From: an uncultured Gemmatimonadaceae bacterium
GTDB lineage: Bacteria; Gemmatimonadota; Gemmatimonadetes; Gemmatimonadales; Gemmatimonadaceae
Length of the DNA: 64,000 nt
Direction: 5' to 3'
Assembly: GCA_963761305.1 (NCBI GenBank)
Contig: CAVXGK010000002.1
Location: 1,248,001 to 1,312,000 of the forward strand
Both the position numbers and the translations under genes were made by a program. The notes beneath the pieces are model-generated. The model searched no databases, was not told the DNA's origin, and saw nothing but the letters and a program-made list of their open reading frames with translations. This document shows positions 1-6,903 of the stretch, in pieces; the stretch's first letter is position 1, and the number at the start of each line of letters is the position of its first letter.

Positions 1-50
1 AAAGTGCTGACGCGAAGTTACGTGACGATGACCACACCATTACGGCGCGG

Positions 51-1025
51 TTAAGATGGGGGCGCCGACGACGCTTCGCTCCCAGAATCCGGCGGCTCGT
101 CCCCACGGAGCAGGGCCTCCAGTGCGCTCCGTTGGGCCGCGATTTCGGCCGCGCGGTCGGCGGCGATCAGCGCGGCCATGCGACGACGGTCGCGCTGCAC
201 GCGCGCCAGGTACAACGGGAGAATGATCAACAGCAGCAACAGTCCGCCCAGCGTGACGTCGCCGATCAATGCTAGGCCGCCGTAGCGCCGGCGCGTCTGT
301 CGCTGCCACCGCTGCTCGAACTCCGCCATCGTGATGCCGTACGTCGAGCGCACGGCGCGCTCCATCGTGCCCTGCGTCCGCCACGCCTCGAAGAACCTCG
401 ACAATCCGTGCGCCGTGTCGAGCGATGCCAATTGATCCACCGCGCCGTACGCGAGCGCGTAGGCGGTCTGCGCGGTCGTCGCTCCCTCGGTGAACTCGCT
501 GTCGAGCTGATCGAAGGTCGGTGCTCCCTTGATCGCCAGCGCTACGTTCGCCGCGAGCGCGTCGTCACGACCCGTCTCGCGCGCCGCGAAGGTCGCATAG
601 CCCTCGTCGAACCAGCGCGGCGGGAGGTCGTCGAGGTATTCGTGCAGCGCGAGGTGGGCCAGCTCGTGGCGAAGGACGGCGCGCGGATCGCCGGCGTCCG
701 CTCCCGCCGAGCGTCCCTGCATCACGATCCGGCGCGAATCGGGAAAGGCCACGGCTGCGCCCCACTCCGGAGCGCGCGGGCCCACCCACTCGCGAAACCG
801 GCGCTTGTCGGGCGCGATCGCCAACAACACGCGCTGCGTCGGCCGCGGCAATCCTGGAAACGTGTCGTTCGCGATGGAGAGCGACACGAGCGACTGCGCG
901 AGCGTCTGCTCGCTCGGATAGAACACCGCGGTGAATCGGCCCCGGTCCAGACGGAGCGGCGCGTCCTGCGACGTCGCGCGCGACGGCCAGCCGATTCCAC
1001 AGAGCGCGATCGCCGCCACGGCCAT
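51..1025 (-). CDS. Peptidase MA-family (gluzincin-like) exported protein with C-terminal membrane anchor
   Basis: HELAH zinc motif followed by WFDEG; signal-like N-terminus MAVAAIALCGIG; hydrophobic GGLLLLLIILPLYLA near the C-terminus. Start placed at ATG 1025 (CTG 1043 possible); the ORF-track start at 1169 overlaps the upstream gene. Confidence 0.75.
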   Translation of the reverse strand: MAVAAIALCGIGWPSRATSQDAPLRLDRGRFTAVFYPSEQTLAQSLVSLSIANDTFPGLPRPTQRVLLAIAPDKRRFREWVGPRAPEWGAAVAFPDSRRIVMQGRSAGADAGDPRAVLRHELAHLALHEYLDDLPPRWFDEGYATFAARETGRDDALAANVALAIKGAPTFDQLDSEFTEGATTAQTAYALAYGAVDQLASLDTAHGLSRFFEAWRTQGTMERAVRSTYGITMAEFEQRWQRQTRRRYGGLALIGDVTLGGLLLLLIILPLYLARVQRDRRRMAALIAADRAAEIAAQRSALEALLRGDEPPDSGSEASSAPPS

Positions 1026-1039
1026 CGCGCGGCGAAGGT

Positions 1040-1915
1040 TCAGGGCACGCCGCCCGCGGCCACCGTTTCGATGGCCTCCGCGCACCGCTTGCCCCACGGA
1101 TTGAACTTGTTCGCGGAGAATCCGGCCTGCCACGTCGACGTCGCCTCGTGACGCTGCGAGTTGAACCAATACGCGCGGCCGAGCTCGAAGTACGCTTCGA
1201 TCAGGTTCGGCCCCAACGCGACGCTCTTCTGGAAAAACGTCTGCGCGTCCTCGAACATCTCCCGCTCGAGGTAGACCAGTCCGAGATAGAAGTGCGCGTA
1301 CAGCGTCGCCTTCTTGTCGTTGTCGAGCCTGATCGCCCGCGACAGATGCTCGATCGCCTCTCCAAAGATACGCTTCTTCAAGCAGATGTAGCCGAGGTTC
1401 ACGCGGGCCAGCGCGTTCATCGGCTCGCGCACGAGCACGCGCTGAAAGCTGACCAACGCGTCGTCGTAGCGGTCCTGCAGCATGAGCGACCAGCCGAGCA
1501 GCGACTCCGCCTGCGCATCACCCGGCGACAGTTCGAGCGCCTTCTTCAGGAACGTGTCGGCTTCGGCGTATTCGCCCGCCGAGATCCTGTGCCACCCCTT
1601 CTCGATGTACGTCGACGCGCCGAGATGGTCGCTGTGCACGGCGCTGTGCACGGCGTCGTGCACGGCGGGCTTGGCGCCGTCGAGATGCGGCGCAACGCCG
1701 CCGCTGTTGGCGCGAACGCCCTTCCACTTCTCGACGAGCGCGAGGACCTCCTCGCGCAGCACACCGAGCTGCTTGTACTCGGCGTCCACTGTCTTGAACA
1801 GCACGCCGATGTCGGCCTTGAGCGCGTCGAGCTTGGCGCCCGCGTCCGGTTCGTCGAGTCGCGCGTCGAGCAGCGCGCGCCGCGCGCGCAACCCGTCCAA
1901 CGATGCCTCCGCCAC
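1040..1915 (-). CDS. Tetratricopeptide repeat protein with N-terminal coiled coil
   Basis: Several TPR units (AESLLGWSLM, ARVNLGYICL, AHFYLGLVYL, AYFELGRAYW); GTG start with GGGAG upstream. Confidence 0.85.
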   Translation of the reverse strand: MAEASLDGLRARRALLDARLDEPDAGAKLDALKADIGVLFKTVDAEYKQLGVLREEVLALVEKWKGVRANSGGVAPHLDGAKPAVHDAVHSAVHSDHLGASTYIEKGWHRISAGEYAEADTFLKKALELSPGDAQAESLLGWSLMLQDRYDDALVSFQRVLVREPMNALARVNLGYICLKKRIFGEAIEHLSRAIRLDNDKKATLYAHFYLGLVYLEREMFEDAQTFFQKSVALGPNLIEAYFELGRAYWFNSQRHEATSTWQAGFSANKFNPWGKRCAEAIETVAAGGVP

Positions 1916-1918
1916 CGA

Positions 1919-2418
1919 CTACGCTCCCCCCCCCCGTCCTGGTCCCAGCTCTGCGCGCCGTGCTCGACGACGATGCGGTCCGCGTTCCACATGACGCGGT
2001 CCACGTCGAGCACGACGACGAGCTGGTCGCGCACTTTCGTCACGGCGCGGAGCACGTCCGTCGCCACGCCCTTGAACAGCGCGGGCGGCGGCGACATCGA
2101 CTCCGCGGGGACGACGGCGACTTCGAGCACCGCGTCGACGATCGCGCCGACGCGCCCGCTGCTCGTGTTGAGGACCAGCGTGCGCGTCTCTGGCGTGATC
2201 GTCGTTTCGGCCAGCTCGATGCGGCGGCGCAGGTCGATCACCGGAATCACTTCGCCGCGATGCTCGGTCACGCCCTCGACCCACTTTGGCACGTCGGGAA
2301 CGCTGTTGGGCGGCGAGTAGCGCAGCACGCGGTCGACCGACAGCACGTCGGCGGCGAACAAATCCACGCCGAGCTGAAAGACGACCAGTTTGACGCCGGC
2401 GACTTTGTCGTTCTTCAT
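1919..2418 (-). CDS. cheW: CheW chemotaxis coupling protein; apparent frameshift in a 3' G10 tract (as sequenced the frame runs to 1546)
   Basis: CheW pattern LVVFQLG...VPDVPKWVEGVTEHRGEVIPVIDL...VGAIVDAV...VVLDVDRV. A TAG at 1919-1921, just before the next gene, is reached only with G8 or G11. Confidence 0.85.
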
Positions 2419-2885
2419 GGTTTCTCTCCTGTCGGCGTGGCCAGCACGCCGTCGAGCAACGCGTCCACGTCGACCACCCCGATCAGCTCCGAGCCGCGCC
2501 GCACGAGTCCGACCAGCGCGCCGTCCGCGCCGTCGCTCCCGGGCACGCCGCGCAGCTCCGATTCAGCGATCGAGAGCGCGTCGTAGACGTCGTCGACGGC
2601 AAGACCGATGCGGTGTGCGCCGCCGCGCCGGGTGAACACCAGCGTCGCGCCCGGATTCACGCGCGCGTCCGCGGTTCCGCTCCGCGCTCCGAGCAGCGCG
2701 AGCGGGTCGTAGACCGAAAGCAGGTCGCCGCGCAGCGTCGTGACGCCGCGCACGTGTTCCGGAGCATCGGGCATTCGCTGGAGCTCGGGCGATTCGATCA
2801 CCTCATCGACCGCGGCAAGCGAGACCGCGAACCGCTCGCCGCCAACCCGGAAGACGAGAACCCGCGCTACGCCGTCACGGAACAC
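2415..2885 (-). CDS. cheW: CheW chemotaxis coupling protein
   Basis: VLVFRVGGERFA...MPDAPEHVRGVTTLRGDLLSVYD...IGLAVDDV; ATGA overlap with the next cheW. Confidence 0.88.
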   Translation of the reverse strand: MFRDGVARVLVFRVGGERFAVSLAAVDEVIESPELQRMPDAPEHVRGVTTLRGDLLSVYDPLALLGARSGTADARVNPGATLVFTRRGGAHRIGLAVDDVYDALSIAESELRGVPGSDGADGALVGLVRRGSELIGVVDVDALLDGVLATPTGEKP

Positions 2886-3945
2886 GGTGCACCTCCGTCG
2901 CCATCATTTGCCCGATGAGTCGGCCGATGTCGGGCAGCGGCGCGACGCAGTCGGCGCCGGCCGCCTGGAGCGCGGCGCTCGGCATGCCGAAGATCGTCGC
3001 CGTCTCGCGATCCTGAATCACCGCGCGTCCGCCGACGGCGCGAATCGCGCGCGTTCCGTCGGCGCCGTCGCGACCCATGCCGGTGAGCACCACCGCGAGC
3101 GTCGACGATCCGAACACGCGCGCCGCCGACTGAAAGAGCATGTCCGCGGCCGGCCGCACGCCCCAGACGGGCGGAAGCTCGTCGAGCGTAATCACCGGTC
3201 CGTCGCCATCGTCGCGCACCGTCATGTGGCGGCCGCCCGGCGCGACGTACACGCGTCCATGCACGACCGGTTCGTCCTGTTCGGCTTCCGCGATGCGAAC
3301 GGCGCTCATCGAGTCGAGCCGCTGCGCGAAACTCTTGGTGAATCCGCGCGGCATGTGCTGCACGACGAGCACCGCGGCGGGGAGCGAACGATGCAGGTGC
3401 GGCACGATCGCGGCCAGCGCGCGCGGTCCGCCGGTGGACGCCGCGATGACGACCGCGCTCGACGCCGCCGCGCCGACGAGCGTCGGCCGCTCGACGACGA
3501 TCGGCGTGCGCCGCTGCAGCTGGCGGAGTCCGGCCGGATTCGCCGCGATGGCGGCGCGCAACGCCTCGAGCAATCGCGGCGAGATCGTCGCGAGGTCGAG
3601 ACTGATCTTTCCCGACGGCTTGAGGACGAAGTCGACGGCGCCCAGCTCCAACGCGCGCAGTGTGGCCGCCTGGCCGCCGCTCGTCGTGCCGGCGCTCAAC
3701 ATCACGACCGGGCGCGGCGACTCGCTCATGATGTAGCCGAGCGCGGTCAGCCCGTCGAGCTCCGGCATGTCCACGTCGAGCGTGACGACGTCGGGATTGA
3801 GGGCGTGCACGAGGCCCAGCGCTTCGTACCCGTTGCGCGCGACGCCGGCAACCTCGAACTCGCCCGAGGCCTCGAGGATTTGCGAGATCAGCCGCCGCAT
3901 GAAGGCGCTGTCGTCGACGACGAGGACGCGGCGTTTAGAGGACAC
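2875..3945 (-). CDS. cheB: CheB response regulator protein-glutamate methylesterase
   Basis: Receiver domain (VVDDSAFMR, VTLDVDMP, FVLKP) plus methylesterase triad motifs ASTGG, VQHMP, GMGRDG. Confidence 0.96.
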   Translation of the reverse strand: MSSKRRVLVVDDSAFMRRLISQILEASGEFEVAGVARNGYEALGLVHALNPDVVTLDVDMPELDGLTALGYIMSESPRPVVMLSAGTTSGGQAATLRALELGAVDFVLKPSGKISLDLATISPRLLEALRAAIAANPAGLRQLQRRTPIVVERPTLVGAAASSAVVIAASTGGPRALAAIVPHLHRSLPAAVLVVQHMPRGFTKSFAQRLDSMSAVRIAEAEQDEPVVHGRVYVAPGGRHMTVRDDGDGPVITLDELPPVWGVRPAADMLFQSAARVFGSSTLAVVLTGMGRDGADGTRAIRAVGGRAVIQDRETATIFGMPSAALQAAGADCVAPLPDIGRLIGQMMATEVHRVP

Positions 3946-4432
3946 GCGACCCCTTTCGCACGGAGCGAACCTCGACGCGACCGTCCGTCAGGTAGAAATA
4001 GACGCTGCGGCCGTAGTCGCTCCCCGTATCTTCGCCGACGAGCTCGATGCGGGATTTCGCGAGCGCCGAGCGCACCGCGGCGACGTTGCGCTCGCCGATG
4101 TTGATGCCGCCCACCGTGGCGAAGTTGCTGCCGAACATGCTCGCGCCGCCGGCGATCTTGGCGCGGATACGATTCGGAACGGCGCCGAGCTTTTTCATCT
4201 GCTCCAGCACGAGCGGGACCGCCGTCGCCGGGAACTTGGCCGGATTCGAGCGGTCGCGCGACATCGACTCGCTCGGCAAGAGCACGTGCGCGAGTCCGCC
4301 GACGCGCGCCACCGAGTCGTACAGCACGATCGCCACGCAGGAGCCGAGGCCGACGGTCGTGATCAGACCGTCCGACGCCACCGCATAGTCGGCGACCTTG
4401 ACCCGGACTTCCGCGAAGGAATCGGCGATCAT
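3935..4432 (-). CDS. cheD: CheD chemoreceptor glutamine deamidase
   Basis: TVGLGSCVAIVLYD...GGLAHVLLP (catalytic Cys/His), AKIAGGASMF, IGERN, EDTG. ATG 4432 overlaps the cheR stop (ATGA). Confidence 0.94.
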   Translation of the reverse strand: MIADSFAEVRVKVADYAVASDGLITTVGLGSCVAIVLYDSVARVGGLAHVLLPSESMSRDRSNPAKFPATAVPLVLEQMKKLGAVPNRIRAKIAGGASMFGSNFATVGGINIGERNVAAVRSALAKSRIELVGEDTGSDYGRSVYFYLTDGRVEVRSVRKGSRVL

Positions 4433-5250
4433 CGGCGGCGGAACACCCGTTCGCGCGCGTCCACCGCGGCGAACTTCGCGCGCGACGGGCCCAGCACGGT
4501 TTCGACCTTGCCGAGCACCAGGAAGCCGCCCGGCGCCAGCGCGTCGTGGAACGCGTCGAAGAGACGAATCTGCGTGTCGCGATCGAAGTAGATGAGCACG
4601 TTGCGGCACGCGATCAGGTGCAGCGGTCCGCGCGGCGCCGGAGCGGCCAGCAGATCACGATTCTCGAATCGCACCATCGTTCGCACGGTCGGCGACACGG
4701 TCAACGGCGGCGTCGCCGAGAAGTAGCGCGCCCGCAGGTCGTCCGGCGTGTCGGCGAAGTCGGACTCGGAGAACTGGCCGTGCCGCGCGGCGATCAGCGA
4801 TCGGCGGTCGATGTCGGTCCCGAGCACGTCGACGCGGCTCAAGCGCGACAACTCGCGCCGCTGTTCGGCGTGGCGATGAAAGAGGATCGCGAGCGAGTAG
4901 GGCTCGTGGCCGGAGGAACAGCCGGCGCTCCAGACGCGAATCGTCGAGAGCGGCGCCGACCACAGCGTCGGCACGACGTGCGTCGCCATCGCCCGATAGA
5001 CGTCCCAGTTCCGGAAGAGCTTCGTGACGTTGATCGTGAGAACATCGAGCAGGCGCTCGTACTCCGACGCGTCGCTGTCGAGCACGCGCGAGTACTCGCC
5101 GTAGGTGTTCACGCCGCGCGCGCGCATGCGCACGGCGATGCGCCGCTGCAGGCACTTCTCCTTGTAGCTCGCGCAGCCGAAGCCGCGCTCGACGGAGATC
5201 TTGCGTGTCAGCGCGAGAAAATCGCCGGCCCCCGAGGCTCGGTCGACCAT
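4429..5250 (-). CDS. cheR: CheR chemoreceptor methyltransferase
   Basis: TINVTKLFRN, WSAGCSSGHEPYS, GTDID, CRNVLIYF. ATG 5250 in a TGATG overlap. Confidence 0.95.
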   Translation of the reverse strand: MVDRASGAGDFLALTRKISVERGFGCASYKEKCLQRRIAVRMRARGVNTYGEYSRVLDSDASEYERLLDVLTINVTKLFRNWDVYRAMATHVVPTLWSAPLSTIRVWSAGCSSGHEPYSLAILFHRHAEQRRELSRLSRVDVLGTDIDRRSLIAARHGQFSESDFADTPDDLRARYFSATPPLTVSPTVRTMVRFENRDLLAAPAPRGPLHLIACRNVLIYFDRDTQIRLFDAFHDALAPGGFLVLGKVETVLGPSRAKFAAVDARERVFRRR

Positions 5251-6869
5251 CAGTAGGCCTGCCGAACGGACTCGAGGTTCGATCGAACGATGGCGTTGTC
5301 GGGGTCGAGCTCGAGCGCCCGCTCCCAACATCGCAACGCTTCGTCCCGTTCCTGCCGCCGCAGGCGGATGTTCCCGAGCTTGAGATACGTGTCCGGACCG
5401 ATCTCCGGATTGGCGCGCGTGGCCCGCGCGTAGGCTTCGAGCGCTTCGTCGTACCGCGCGGCGCGGTACCGGAGGTCGCCGATGTTCTTGTGCAGATGCG
5501 CGACGCCGGCGTCCTCGTGGAGCCCGCGCTCGGCCGTCGCGAGCGCGGCGTCGTACTCGCCCAATCGCTCCTGGACCGCGGCGAGGTTGTTGTGCAGCGT
5601 GGCGGCGTGTGGATACGCCGTTACGCCGTCAGTGAGGATCGACGCGGCGCGCGGCGCATCACCGACGAGCGCCGCGGCGAGGGCCGCGAAGTGGAACCAG
5701 GCGGCCGTGGGCGGCTTCCGCCCGAAGAGCCCGCGCGCGCCGGCGAGCGCGGCGTCGGCGGCCGAGAGGTCGCCGGTGAGAAGACACACGACGCCGAGCG
5801 ACGTTTGAATGCGCGCGTCCTTGCCGCCGCCGCGCGCGATGGCGTCGTTCAGCGCGGCGCGCGCTTCGTCGTAGCGGTGCTGCTGCTCGAGCACGAACGC
5901 GAGGTTGTGGAACACCGCCGGCTTCGCGTCCAGGCGCGTGACGCATTCCTTGAACGCGGCCGTCGCTTCGTCCCACTTCGCCTGGCGGGCGAGCACGAGC
6001 CCGACGTAGTAGCGCGCCGCCGCGTCGCCGTCGCGCAGCTCGATCACGCGGCGGAACTCGCGCAGCGACTCGTCGAACATCCCCGTCTTGAAGAACGCGA
6101 TCCCGAGGTTGCGATGCTCCTCGGCGCGTCCGTGCGCCGCGACGGCCGGAGCGGGCGCCGTCTTGCCGATGCGATGGATGAAGCTCGCGTTCACCAGCCC
6201 GAGCAGCGCCTTGCCGACCTCGAATTCCACGAGCCCCGACGCGTCGATGATCCCCTGCACGTCGCGCATGCCGTCGACCAGCTCGAGGACGCTCGTCTGT
6301 TCCTCGGTCAACTCGGCGTCGCTCGTCAGGACGCGGTTGCGATTGATCTCGAATACGAGATCGAAGCTTGGGATTTTTTTTTCGACGAGGCTCCACTCGT
6401 CGACCCGGCGCGCCCCCTCGAGCAGCAGCGACTCGGGGGTGATCGACACGATGTAGTCCTGTCCTTCGGGCACGACGTCGGCCTCGAAGTTGAACGTCCC
6501 TTGGTGCCAGGTGAACAGGAAGTAGACGGCCTCGCGAATCTGCACGTCCACCGCCACGCGCAACTGGTCGGGCGAGACGATGCCCTGCTCCACGAGGATC
6601 CGCCCGAGCGGCGTGTCGAGGCGCTTGGCCTGCGCGTCGAGCGCGGCGTCGAGCTGCGCCTGCGTGACGCCCCCGCTCTTCACGAGACGGTCGCCGAGCC
6701 GGTCGCGGCGATTCACGACCGACGCGTAGCAGATCCGCCCCTTGTCGAAGTAGATATAGCCGAAGCTGGCCCGGTGCGTGATGCTCAGGCAGCCGGTCTT
6801 CTTGCCCATCGCGAGGAGTTGGAGAACGTCGGGGAGGCTCGCCTCCTTGAGGTTGCCGCGGATCGCCAT
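5250..6869 (-). CDS. DUF4388 (PatA N-terminal-like) domain protein with MshEN-like insert and C-terminal TPR repeats
   Basis: N-terminus MAIRGNLKEASLPDVLQLL...KTGCL, WHQGTFNF, LLLEGARRVDEW typical of DUF4388; RLGDRLVKSG...LGRILVEQG insert; many TPRs. Confidence 0.85.
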   Translation of the reverse strand: MAIRGNLKEASLPDVLQLLAMGKKTGCLSITHRASFGYIYFDKGRICYASVVNRRDRLGDRLVKSGGVTQAQLDAALDAQAKRLDTPLGRILVEQGIVSPDQLRVAVDVQIREAVYFLFTWHQGTFNFEADVVPEGQDYIVSITPESLLLEGARRVDEWSLVEKKIPSFDLVFEINRNRVLTSDAELTEEQTSVLELVDGMRDVQGIIDASGLVEFEVGKALLGLVNASFIHRIGKTAPAPAVAAHGRAEEHRNLGIAFFKTGMFDESLREFRRVIELRDGDAAARYYVGLVLARQAKWDEATAAFKECVTRLDAKPAVFHNLAFVLEQQHRYDEARAALNDAIARGGGKDARIQTSLGVVCLLTGDLSAADAALAGARGLFGRKPPTAAWFHFAALAAALVGDAPRAASILTDGVTAYPHAATLHNNLAAVQERLGEYDAALATAERGLHEDAGVAHLHKNIGDLRYRAARYDEALEAYARATRANPEIGPDTYLKLGNIRLRRQERDEALRCWERALELDPDNAIVRSNLESVRQAY

Positions 6870-6903
6870 CAGCCCCTCCGCGACGCGCGCGATCGGATGT
6901 GGC

